A DNA stretch of 64,000 nt from Eledone cirrhosa (taxonomy: Eukaryota). Every line of letters begins with the position of its first letter. Positions within the stretch are counted from its first letter, which is position 1. The stretch covers positions 315,022,001 to 315,086,000 of the forward strand of contig OZ024741.1 of NCBI GenBank assembly GCA_964016885.1, read 5' to 3'. Shown piece by piece: positions 1 to 12,039 of this stretch. Position numbers and translations under genes: made by a program. Below the pieces are notes generated by a model. The model did no database searches and was not told the origin of the DNA. It saw nothing but the letters and a program-made list of their open reading frames with translations.

Positions 1-760
1 GAAGAGGAGACCTCAAAAAGGCTACAGAAGGAATGCTAATGGCTGCGCAGGAGCAGGCCCTCAAAACGAAGTGGTTGAAGCACCATATCTACAAGGAGGA
101 GGCTAGCCCACTGTGCAGGATCTGTGGAGAGAGAGAGGAGACTGTGGCTCACATTGTGTCCGAGTGTAAACACCTAGCCCAGACCCACTATAAGGGCTGG
201 AGACACGATGTGATGGGCAGGGTGATCCACTGGCACCTGTGCAAAGTAAACAATCTACCACATTCTGAGAAATGGTATGAGCATAGGCCAGAGGCGGTGA
301 TGGAGAACAGTCAGGTGAAGGTGCTGTGGGATTTTAGGATACAGACGGACAAAAAACTGGAACACAATAGACCTGACCTGGTGGTTGTGGACAAAGAAAA
401 AAGATCGTGCCTGATTGTGGATGTGGCCTGCCCGTTCGACACGAGAGTGCAAGAGAAGGAGAGGGAGAAAATTAACCGATACCAGGACCTAAAGTGGGAG
501 GTGAAAAGGATTTGGAACTGCCATGAAGTCAAAGTGATCCCGATTGTCATAGGCGCACTGGGGACTATCTCCAAAGGTTTCCAGGGATGGTTAAAGAAAA
601 TCGGCCCCTTCACGCTTTTTGGAACGCTTCAAAAGGCATGCTTGCTTGGAACGGCAAGAACCCTCCGATACGTCCTGAATATCTGAGGCTGCAGGTAGTG
701 GCTTGATATTCAATCCAACGGACTTTCCAGTTAACCAACATCAATGACTGAGATTCAAGG
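1..760 (+). mobile_element. R4/Dong-clade RLE non-LTR retrotransposon, family B, copy 1 (3' part; 5' part lies outside the window)
   Basis: Encodes CCHC knuckle (CRIC...HIVSEC), RHD motif and PD..D..K endonuclease (RPDLVV..IVDVACP..EKINRY). A ~75 nt 3' UTR shared with copies ending at ~10650, ~12953 and ~32838 runs into (AAT)n. Confidence 0.9.
33..686 (+). CDS. C-terminal part of RLE retrotransposon ORF (zinc knuckle + restriction-like endonuclease), 5' partial
   Basis: ORF track 217 aa with intact CCHC, RHD and PD-D motifs; frame is open to the window edge. Confidence 0.85.
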   Translation: MLMAAQEQALKTKWLKHHIYKEEASPLCRICGEREETVAHIVSECKHLAQTHYKGWRHDVMGRVIHWHLCKVNNLPHSEKWYEHRPEAVMENSQVKVLWDFRIQTDKKLEHNRPDLVVVDKEKRSCLIVDVACPFDTRVQEKEREKINRYQDLKWEVKRIWNCHEVKVIPIVIGALGTISKGFQGWLKKIGPFTLFGTLQKACLLGTARTLRYVLNI

Positions 761-801
761 AATAACAATAACAATAATAATAATAATAATAATAATAATA
801 A
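761..801 (+). repeat. (AAT)n microsatellite tail/target
   Basis: aataacaataacaataataataat... directly after the family B 3' UTR. Confidence 0.95.
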
Positions 802-1480
802 GGGAAGAAGACGCACGAAGTGGTAGAACGTCACGAAATTGCTCCCGTAAGTTTTTTGATTTTTAACATATTTAAATCAATTGTGAAAGAACAATTCTTA
901 GCACAAATGTTGCATAAAGGCACCGAATGAGGTCCCATAAAGTTTCGGATCCATATTATATTGTTGTATCGCTCAAATATTCAATTTTGTATTATATATT
1001 TTGTATTCAAAAAAAGAAAATGGTTATAAATGGAACAAAACACCCTCTGTCTACACTATATAGAACAGCGGCAATTTCAATTTCACCAACACCAGAAACT
1101 TGATACACTACCTATCCCATCACACTAAATATAACGGCAACTTCACCGGCATCATAATAATAATTACTATTATTATTGTCTCAAATTTTAAAAAATGTTT
1201 AATTCAAATTTTACGGGAATATGTCAACACAAAATATAATGAAAATATATATTAAACATACGAACACAAACTCATAGATACTATATCAGTAACCACAACA
1301 CCACCGCTGCCACCACCCCACCACATCCATCATCGCCGCCACCACTCATTCAATGCTACTGACACTATTCCCCTGTTAACTTGAGAGAGAAAAGGGAAGG
1401 TGGTGGTAGCACTAGACAAGAGAGAGGCTAGCAAAAGATATAAATAGATTGACTTGGTGACCTTGCCACGGACAAACGTC
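802..1480 (+). repeat. Repeated unit, homologous to 5726-6570
   Basis: Both begin aagggaagaagac..gctcccgtaagtttt and share cggatccat, ctcaaatattcaattttgtatta, aaaagaaaatggttat and ctctgtctacactatatagaacag. Confidence 0.85.
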
Positions 1481-1589
1481 TACATCAACAATTATGGGAC
1501 TGCTGGCTCACCCCTTCCTCACCAACAATATAAAAAGCCCCGGCACCACCACCGACATAGCCAGCAGCAATAACAGCCAACTACAACAA

Positions 1590-1660
1590 AAAGTATATTA
1601 TATTATTGTAATGCACTGGGTGATTGCTGGCCTTGTCCCTGGAGTGGAGACAATTATTAA
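1590..1660 (+). mobile_element. 3' fragment of the tRNA-derived SINE
   Basis: gtaatgcactgggtgattgctggccttgtccctggagtggagacaattatt matches the SINE 3' end seen elsewhere in the window. Confidence 0.7.
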
Positions 1661-1724
1661 TAATTTCATTCTTAAGCCACGCAATGCTCACATTAAGGAA
1701 CCACTCATGATAATAACAATTTAA

Positions 1725-4700
1725 AAAAACAACAAAAAGAAAACCCCGTGACCAAGAAATACCGGGATGGCGGCCGGCGGGGAATAGCCGTGTCTCTAGG
1801 GGAGAACGACCCCTCTAGTCTTGGTTGACACTCGTTCTAGAAGTGGTAACACGAAAAGATTACCTCTTGGCGGATAAGGATAAAACGCGACAAAATAAAG
1901 TAGATGTCTAATGATGAAATCTCATACCGGATCGGCCGTCACCCGGGTAAAAAAGGGCCGCGTCCCTCAGAGAGGAACCAGACTGGGGTCGAAAAATCAG
2001 CTAATGGTTCAAACCTTCCCATCACTTCGGAGCTGGAGACCTCCCATAACCGGAATACTCCTACTGTTGGCCCTCCATGCTCACCACCAAGAAATCCAAA
2101 GAAAAAGAGAGAAAAATGGTCAAGGGAAGATAATAAAGAAGTCCTTGAGGCTTTCTACACTGCCATGTACTACCCATCAAATACATCGAATACAGAGCAA
2201 ACATATATCAACTGGAAAAAGAAACATCCCGAAAACAGAGGCTATATTGACAGTAACAAACTAGCCAATATACGAAGAAATATTGTAAGAAAAAAGTTAC
2301 TAACTGATATAGAAATTGATCAGATCAAGCTAGTAGCACAAAGTCAGCGAAGGGAAAATGAAGCATGTGTCAGTGAAAACGAGGTAAACTGTAACACTTC
2401 GAATCCCAGAGTTGGGGCGGAATCACTGGCAACAGAACAAATTAAAGAAAGGAGCGAAAAAGTGGAGGGAGTGCATGCTCAGGATGAAACTCCAAATGAA
2501 AATAATGAGATCGTAAATGATAAAGAAATGAATGAGAATGAACTTGCCAACTTGAAGGATGAAATTATGATCGAATGGATGAAAATGAAAGAATCTGACA
2601 TGGGGGAACGAGACACCCTCCCTAAGATCCAGAACTCCAAACAGAACCAAAAGATAATACACAAGACTAACATAATTCTCAAAAACATTATCATCACAAA
2701 CAAAATAAACATTACTGACTTAAATCATCTCTATTATGCATCGGCTAAAGTCACCACTCACTTATGTGGAGTGAAGATGAAAAAACAAAGGAATTCCCAC
2801 AAGAAATCTACTTGGCAAGAGAACATCAATCGCCAAATAAACCTTCTCCGATCTGACATAGAAATTTTAACAAACTATAAAGTAGGTGAACATGTTAAAC
2901 AAACTAAACTTAGAAAATTTTAAAAAAAGTACAGTATAAAATCAACATGTGACATAGACATGCTGATAGAAATAATCAAGCAAAAAGTGTCGGCCAAAGC
3001 TGCTCGTATAAGGCGCTTTGAAAAACGATCTAGATTCTATAAGCACAATAATATGTTCAAAAACAACCAAAGAAACTTCTACAGAAAAATTGGTAAGCCA
3101 ACAATAACTGCTAAATCAATACCACCCAAGGAGGAAGTGCAAGAATTCTGGGAAAAGATCTGGGCCGAAGAAAAAGTTCATAACATACATGCCCCATGGA
3201 TAGACAGACAAATGAAAGATATGGCTCACCTTGAGGAACAAACATGGGAAAATATAACAGTTGAACAGTTACGCCTGGCTCTAAGAAAAACCAGCAAATG
3301 GAAATCCCCAGGAAAAGACAAAATACAAAACTTTTGGATAAATGCCTTCACAGAGTCTCATGAGCTGTTAGCCCAACTTTACAATGAAATAGTTAAGGAG
3401 CCAGAAAAGATACCTTCATCGCTAGTTAACGGCATTACATTCCTGCTTCCGAAGAATGATGAGACAAACAATCCCAAAAATTACAGACCGATAACTTGGT
3501 TGACCACAATGTATAAAAGTTTAACATCAGTCCTAACTGAATACACATATGACCACCTGATAACAAATTACCTATTTCCCATTGAGCAGAAAGGGTGTAA
3601 ACGAGGCTCATATGGCTGTAAGGATCAGCTTCTGGTTAACAAAATGATACTGGAAGATTGCCATAATAGACACAAAAATCTATCGATTGCTTGGATAGAT
3701 TATAAAAAAGCATTTGATAGTTTGCCACACAGTTGGATTGAAAAATGTTTAGAGATTTTCAAAGTATCCCCCGTTGTCAGGAGGTTTTTGTCATTCAGTA
3801 TGAAGACATGGAAAACGACACTCCTTTTGAATAGTGAAACAAAATCACTGGAAGCTGGAGAAGTTAATATTAAGTGTGGAATTTTTAAGGGTGACTCTTT
3901 ATCACCGCTTTTATTCTGCATCGCACTTATACCATTAAGTAAAATGCTCAATGAAACAAATCATGGATATAAAGTCTATGACAAAACCATTAATCACCTG
4001 TTCTACATGGATGACCTGAAACTATTTGCAAAAAATGATGAACAATTGCAAGGGCTATTATCCACTGTGAAGCAGTTCAGTGATGACATTAAAATGGAGT
4101 TTGGACTAGATAAATGCGCCAAAGCAACGTTCACCAGAGGAAAGCTGCTGAAGAGTTCAGACATTAATCTTGATCGGGGGAACGTGATAAGAGAACTTGA
4201 TCAAGAAAAATCTTACAAATATCTAGGTGTTTGTGAAGGAGACGGAAGCAAGAACTCGACAATGAGGGAAAGGATAAGGAAGGAATGTTACCGCAGAGTG
4301 AGAGCAATCTTAAAAACGGAATTGAATGCAAGGAATAGGATCGATGCCATAAACACGCTTGCCATACCAGTAGTAACCTACAGTTACAATGTCATCAACT
4401 GGTCAAGCACAGAGATCCGTAGGCTCGATACAAAAATTCGAAAATTCTTAACCATCCACAGAATGCATCACTCTAAAGCAGATATAGATAGAATATATCT
4501 CCCTAGGAAAGAAGGAGGACGTGGGTTAATCCAGTTAGACATTGCGTTGAAAACTGCAACAATTGGATTATCTACATATCTAAGGGAATCACATGATTGG
4601 ATGATCAAACTCGTTTTGAAACACGAAAGCATCAAAAGATCACATTCCATTACAAAAGATGCACAAAGATACAGTAATGGACTACAAATTTCAGAAGTCC

Positions 4701-5699
4701 CATTTACTGCTGAAATGGAAAACACAGAAAAAGCAAAGCAGGTAAAAGTAACTGCAAAGAAAGAACTGCTACAGAAACTGGCTAAGAAATGGCAAGAAAA
4801 GCCTCTGTATGGAAAATACCCAGAGCGAGCTAACAATCCTGATGTTTACAAAACTTTAACCCATCAGTGGTTGGCATCCTCTGGACTGAAATCGGAGACT
4901 GAAGGACTGATTATATCCGCACAAGATCAGTGTCTGCCAACAAAAAATTACCAAGCCAACATAATAAAAAATGGGTGCAGCCCATTATGCCGTGTATGCA
5001 AAAAACAACCAGAGACCATTGACCATATAATTTCAATGTGCAGTCCTATAGCTCCAACCGAATACCTAAACAGGCATGACAGAGCTGCACAATACATACA
5101 TTGGATAATGTGTAAGCATTTTGACCTGCCCCATCAAAAGAATTGGTGGGAGCATCAACCACCTCCCATACTTGAAAAAGATCACATCTCAATCTTGTGG
5201 AACTTTAGCATCCAAACAGACCGAAAAATAGATGCAAACAGACCTAATATAATATTGAAAGACTTTCAAAAGAGGGTATGCCTGCTAATTGATATGTCTG
5301 TTCCAATAGACAAGAATGTATCTATAAAAACATTTGAAAAATTGAGCAAGTATAAGGACCTGGAGATAGAAATTGGAAAAATGTGGAAATTGAAAACTAA
5401 AACAATACCAGTGGTTGTAGGCGCTCTGGGAATGATACCTAAGGGGTCTAATGATTACATATCGCAAATCCCAGGAAACCCGCGTATAGGAGAAATACAA
5501 AAGATAGTACTAATGGGAACTGCCCATATACTAAGGAAGATTCTGTCAATATAAGTACATCACAAGTCTAAACACTAAAGATGCATGTGTGAATATGTAT
5601 GTTCTTTCTTGAACATGGCGGACCTTGTTGTCTCTTGAGGTCACTGGTTGTGACTTGGTGATCACTTGTATGAAACATAAAGCAAGATAAATGCAACTG
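1725..5699 (+). mobile_element. R4/Dong-clade RLE non-LTR retrotransposon, family A, apparently full length
   Basis: Structured 5' leader, single long ORF with KWSREDN Myb-like N-terminus, RT (YMDD), CCHC and RLE; flanked by ataataacaat (5') and (AAT)n at 5700-5722 (3'). Confidence 0.92.
1904..5554 (+). pseudogene. Family A RT-RLE ORF (~1216 codons) with one in-frame TAA at 2921-2923
   Basis: ORFs 1904..2923 and 2960..5554 are in the same frame. Motifs KSPGKD, YRPIT, DYKKAFDS, GDSLSP, FYMDDLK, CRVC..H..C, RHD; the catalytic PD is altered to PN (ANRPNII). Confidence 0.9.
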
Positions 5700-5725
5700 T
5701 AATAATAATAATAATAATAATAGAA

Positions 5726-7030
5726 TAAGGGAAGAAGACACACATGGTGGATAGAAGGTCGATACATCGCTCCCGTAAGTTTTGATTTTTTAACATATTT
5801 CAATCAATTGTGAAATAACAATTCTTAGTACAAATGTTGCATAAAACATCCGGCTTGAGTCCCAAAAAATTCGGATCCATAATATATTGTTATATTGCTC
5901 AAATATTCAATTTTGTATTATACATTTTATATTCAAAAAAGAAAATGGTTATACATGGAAGAAAACCCCCTCTGTCTACACTATATAGAACAGCCAAATA
6001 ACAGCAATGTCACCAACATCAGAAACTAAATACACCACCTAACCCATCACCCCTCTCTGTAAACTAAACACAGCAGCCAGATAACGGCAATTTCACCACC
6101 ACCACCACCAATCTCAGCATAATAATAATAATTACTATTACTATTGCCTCAAGTTTTAGTTTTAACAAAATATTTAATTCCAATATTAAGAAAATATGTC
6201 AACACATATACGCGACTAATGATAATTTCACTAAAGATAATTTCACCACCAATACCACCACCACTACCACGATGAAAATTCTGGTCAAGTCGACTCAAAT
6301 TTCTACTTCTATTTCTACTCCAACTTCAACACCATCACTACAGTAATACGACCACATCACCACCACCGCTGCCTCATTATCGCTACCGCCGCTATTCTCT
6401 CCCACTACCTCCTGCTAGTTGCTGCTAGCACAGCACCGCCACCACTACCGCCGCCGCTGCCTCAATATCACTACTGCCGCTATTCTCTCCCGCTACCCCC
6501 CGCTACATTGTAGAATTCCCACTAAAAGAGGAAAACATCAAAATATATAAATAGACTGAATTGATGACCCGGTCAAAATAAAAAAAAAACAAAAATAAAA
6601 ATCAAGTTTTAGTTTTAACAAAATGTTTAATTCCAATATTAAGAAAAATATGTCAACACATATACGCGACTAATGATAATTTCACTAAAGATAATTTACC
6701 ACCAGTGCCACCACCACTGCCACGATGAAAACTCTGGTCAAGTCGACTCAAATTTCTACTCCATCTTCAACACCATCGCTACACTAATACGACCACATCG
6801 CCACCGCCGCTGCCTCATTATCGCTACCGCCGCTATTCTCTCCCACTACCTCCTGCTAGTTGCTGCTGGCACAGCACCGCCACCGCCGCCGCTGCCTTAT
6901 TGTCATTACCGCCGCTATTCTCTCCCGCTAGCCCCTGCTACATGGTAGAATTCTCACTAAAACAGGAAGGCATCAAAATATATAAATAGACTGAATTGAT
7001 GACCCGGTCAAAATCAAAAAAAAAAAATCA
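5726..7030 (+). repeat. Second copy of the 802-1480 unit, with an internal ~450 bp tandem duplication (~6150-6600 vs ~6603-7030)
   Basis: caagttttagttttaacaaaat...gacccggtcaaaat occurs twice in tandem. Confidence 0.85.
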
Positions 7031-7214
7031 AAATCAAAGCAGCACAGCGACAACGAAAAACATAAAGGAAATAAAAATGAAGAGAAAAACAAACGGACGG
7101 ACAGAGAAGGGAAGGGAAAAACTAAGTCAGACATTCAAACACTACATTACAATGAAATTATGCTTATTCATTTTGGGGTTTTTTTCTGCCTGTTTGTTTG
7201 TTTGTTTATTTGGG

Positions 7215-10200
7215 TTCGTCTACAGCGGGATAATGCCACACAAAAGTCACGTGGAGTGACGAAACCACCGGAGACGGTGAATCCACAGGTGGTTATGTAA
7301 CCATACATTCGCCAATCCTCGATAGGAGTGTTTAAATGTCGAACCTAAACAGTTCGAATAACGGTGAAATGGAGACTAGAATGTCATGTGACAGACTCTC
7401 ACCCAACAGGTGCTCCCTGGCTCAGCAGCAGGGACCTGGCTGTCAACCAAATACTGCTGGTGTCGGAGGAAGAAGAAGAAGGAAAGGGACCAGAACCAAC
7501 TTGACGAAAGAATTGAATAGAACTGTTATGCAATGTTATCTGAAGAGTAACCCGAAGGAGAAAGGCTATAGGAAAAGGATGCATAACATCTGGAACGAGA
7601 TTGGTCTATTTAAATTAGATGAACAAAAACTGGCCGGGCAGGCTCGGGTAATAAGAACTAATGGGTGGATAAGCGAGCTGGAACTGGAAGAACAGAGTAG
7701 AGAGATTAGCTTGGAGATGGAGGGTGGAGTATGCCAGGCAAACGAGCCAGTGGGAAATGAAGGTGAAGAGGTCGAGAGAACGGAGCAACCACCCGAAGCA
7801 GACAATGATCTGAATGCTGAGATAAATAATACCTGGAACAGAGATACGGCCACTGAGGAGATGAATGCTGACGGGCTAGGATAAGATTTGGTTGATATCC
7901 TAAACTTAGTGGTAGATGAATTGAACAATGATAGTGGGAGACCTATGAACCTAAGATTTGTAGACAGGAAAAAGTTAAAAGAAACAACAGCTAAGGTAAA
8001 CAAAGTCATCCCATACCTTGAGGCGAGGAGCCTTCACCAGTGCAACAATATCCTCAAAGCAACAGCAAATACGGTGAGGAAACTACTTGGTATAAAAGCG
8101 AGAAGAAACAAGAGACAAGAAAGAGCAGAGCCTTGGTGGAAGAAACGACTGAGTGGTCAAATCAGGGAACTGAGAAATGACATTGGAAAGCTTGAGTCCC
8201 TACTGAATGGGACACTAAAAAACATAGACACTAAAAATAGACTGGAAATAAAGTACAAAACTAGGAGGAAAAACTAAATATTATCATAGAGGAACTGAAG
8301 CAACGCATTGTAGCAAAGAGTGCCAAAATCAGGCGATACGAGAACAGAGTCAGTCAGTATAGACAGAACCGCATGTTCGACAACAACCAGAAGATGCTGT
8401 TTGGACAGCTTGAAGGGAAAGAAAGAGGCAACGACTTGATCCCTGAGGCGGAACAAACTAAAACATTCTGGAGAGGAATATGGGAGCAGGATGTTAAACA
8501 TAATGACCAGGCGGTGTGAATTGAGACAGTACAGAAGGAGATCAGTGAACAGGCACACCAACAAAGTGATTTGAGTATCACAGTTGAAACTTTTAAGGGG
8601 CAGGCCAAAAAACTAACCAACTGGAAATCACCTGGCCCAGATGGTGTGCAGGGGTATTGGATTAAAAACATAACATCCCTCCCCCCGAAACTGACAACCA
8701 TGTTCAATGACTGCTTGATGTCAGGTGAGGTACCAGAGTGGTTGACAAAAGGTACCACAGTTCGGATAATGAAAGACCGAATCAAGGGTAATGATGTTAC
8801 CAACTATAGACCTCTCACATGTCTGTCCGTAATGTGGAAACTGTTGACAAGCATTATGTCTGAGAAAATCTACCATCATCTCCACACAAACAACTTGTTA
8901 CCGGACGAACAGAAAGGATGCCGAAAGAAGTCACATGGTACAACAGATCAGTTACTTATTGATAAGATGGTAATGAGGAATTGCAAGAGAGGACACACTG
9001 GTCTTGCCATGGGATGGATAGACTACAAAAAGGCATTTGACATGGTGCCTCATTCTTGGATCACCAAAAGCCTGGAGATCTTCAAGGTGGCAGATAACAT
9101 CAGACAGTTGTTGAGCAAAGTATGAAGTCCTGGGAAACAGAGTTAACATCAACTGGAGAATCCTTGGGAAGCGTGAAGATCAAGAGAGGTATCATCCAGG
9201 GAGATAGTCTGTCCCCTCTGTTGTTTGTCCTTGCCCGGATGCCCCTGACCAGTGTACTGCGAAAAGTGAGAGCAGGATGCAGGTTGGGAAAGGGAGGGCT
9301 TACCATCAATGACCTCCTCTTCATGGACGATCTTAAGCTCTTCGGGAAGAGTGAGAAGGAGTTGGATGTGCTTGTTGACACTGTCCGTATTTTCAGCAAT
9401 GATATATGTATGCAATTTGGTATTAGTAAGTGTGGAGTCATTGTGATGTGGAGGGGTAAGTTGAGCAGAAGTAACGGAATCCAGATACCAACAGGTGAGA
9501 TGATAAAGGAAATTGACTCTGAGGAAGGATACAAGTATTTGGGCGTTCTGGAGGCTGATGACATCAAGGACAAAAAAATGAAGGAATTGATAAGAACTGA
9601 ATACATTCGGAGAGTAAGGAGCGCATTAAAGTCACATCTGAACAGTAGGAATGCCATAAGTGCAGTAAATTGCCGAGCTGTGTCTATTATTAGGTACAGT
9701 GCGGGAATTCTGAGATGGAATGTTGCCGAACAAAAAGAAATGGATAGGAAGACTAGGAAGCAATTGACTATCTACAATATGTTCCACAAGAGGAGTGATG
9801 TCGATAGACTCTACTTAAGGAGATCTGAAGGTGGAAGAGGTCTTATCAGCATAGAGGACTGTGTTCAGATGGAGAAAAACAACCTACACAAATACGTGAC
9901 TGATAGTAAGGAGCCAATGCTCATAACTGTACTGAAGGAGGGGACAATAGGCCAGGGGATGTCCAAGGAGGAAATAACATCAAGGAGAAAGAGCAGCCTT
10001 CAGGAAAAATCCCTTCATAGTACCTTCTTTGAGAAAACTGAATTTAGAGATCCACAGACATGGAACTGGTTGAAAAGAGGAGACCTTAAAAAGGCTACAG
10101 GAGGAATGTTAATGGCTGCACAGGAGCAGGCCCTCAAAACGAAGTGGTTGAAACACCACATTTACAAGGAGGAGGCTATCCCACTGTGCAGGATCTGTGG

Positions 10201-10650
10201 AGAGAGAGAAGAGACTGTGGCTCACATTGTATCCGATTGTAAACACCTAGCCCAGACTCACTATAAGGGTGGTTTTGGACAAAGAAAAAAGATCGTGCCT
10301 GATTGTGGATGTGGCCTGCCCATTCGACACGAGAGTGCAAGAGAAGGAGAGGGAGAAAATTAACCGATACCAGGACTTAAAGTGGGAGGTAAAAAGGATT
10401 TGGAACTGCCATGAAGTCAAAGTGATCCCGATTGTCATAGGCGCACTAGGGACTATCTCAAAAAGTTTCCAGGGATGGTTAAAGAAAATTGACCCCTTCA
10501 CGCTTTTTGGAACGCTTCAAAAGGCATGCTTGCTGGGAACAGCAAGAACCCTCCGATACGTCCTGAATATCTGAGGCTGCAGGTAGTGGCTTGATATTCA
10601 TTTCAACAAACTTTCCAGTTAACTAACATCAATGACTGAGACTCAAAGAG
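7215..10650 (+). mobile_element. R4/Dong-clade family B, copy 2, near full length, degenerate
   Basis: Structured leader, ORF fragments with KSPGPD, YRPLTCL, QGDSLSP, FMDDLK, CRIC; same 3' UTR as copy 1; (AAT)n tail at 10651-10681. Confidence 0.92.
7336..10574 (+). pseudogene. Family B RT-RLE ORF with stops, frameshifts and a ~185 nt deletion near 10269
   Basis: ORF pieces 7336..7884, 7888..8277, 8571..9125, 9122..10363, 10269..10574; relative to copy 1 the RHD and PD motifs are deleted. Confidence 0.9.
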
Positions 10651-10681
10651 TAATAACAACAATAATAATAATAATAATAAT

Positions 10682-12038
10682 GATTTCTTTATTAGCCACA
10701 AGGGCTGACGTCAAGAAAAACATTACAGACGGCACAGAACGGTACAGGACGGTACGATGTGGGTTTTGAGCGTGTAAATATTTTTATTATTTATATAAGA
10801 AAATAAAAAAAAGGACATAGAAACATATATATATATAAACAATAAAAAGGAAAATTGAAACAATGAAAAATTCCCTAATAGTGGGGAAAACTCCGAGGGT
10901 TACTCGTGGCGAAAACCACACAAAAGACCACGGCCACCCTGACCATCAGGGCAAGCGCCCTCTCTCAATTTTTCCATTTCTCAAACTACAGACGTATATT
11001 CAGACCATTCTCGCTACATTCACCTTTCAACAAACTTGCTAGAAGGCAGCACTCGCCTCTACACCCTGATTTTCCTCTTCAAGTGAAATTTGAAAAAGTT
11101 AATTAGGGATTCGCCGAAGAGGAAAGTGTCTGTCTTTAATCCTTTTAACCTTGTGCACCACACAATCTCTTTCGCCATGGCCACCAGGCAGATGAAAACC
11201 GCCTGCCCTTCCTCCTCGAAGGAAGACGGTGAGACAATCTGCACAATGGACTCAGTCGACAACCGGATCAGTCCTACACGCGACAGCAACTGTTTGACAT
11301 AGCTCCACAAGTCAGCAATGCTCGGGCACTGAACGAGTGCGTGCACGACGGTTTCGTCGCTCTGCGCGCATCTCGGACAGGCTCGGCTGACAGCAGTTCC
11401 GTGCTTGTAGAGCTTATCTCGAACTGGCAGCGCTCCCCGGTAGCGCTGCCAATTCAGGGATTTTTGGAAGTTATCCATAGCCCCTGGGCTGAAAGTTCTC
11501 GGGAAGATAGCAAACAGCTGATCTTCTTCGACGCCGAGGATCTCTCCGAGAACGTCGTCACTCTTCCCCTCCACTACTCCGCTATAGAACGCCGAGGTGG
11601 ATGTTCCACCGATACTGGTGCCCAGCTGGCAGAGGGCAGTGAGCGCCTTGAGACATTCCAGTTTCCAAGCGCTATCCCTCAGTGTTTTTCTGACCCAGGA
11701 CAGCAGCTCCGTCAAGGAGACGAGCTGTGGGAAAACGTGTCTGGCGAACGGCGACCACACCTGTTCACCGTCAAGGAAGCACCAGAGATGTCGCAGCCTC
11801 AGCGCATGTTTGCGCATCATCAGCCATGGCATGCCCAGTCCTCCACGCAACGGGTGTTGACAGCAAATGGATCGTTTGACCATGGTGAGAGTTGAGCCGA
11901 AGCAAGGGACGGCGGTGAGGCGGTAGCAGATGACGGATGCGATGTACGCATTCGACACCTCCGCCCGGCCTTTCAGGGACGGCTTCCTCTCGGCCCATTT
12001 CTGGGTGAGTAGGCCACCTTGCTCGTCACCTTGCTCGT
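10682..12038 (-). mobile_element. Tx1/L1-clade retrotransposon T1, 5'-truncated
   Basis: ORF2 C-terminus (GGLGMP, ALPVRDKL, CPRC..ETVVHALVQC); 3' end ...gtggctaataaagaaatc then (ATT)n on the - strand. Confidence 0.9.
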
Positions 12039-12039
12039 C

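Noticed and set aside
7246-7290. Hammerhead in the family B leader (stem-GAAAC-stem)
   Set aside because: No CUGANGA upstream of the first stem; kept only as an unclassified structure.
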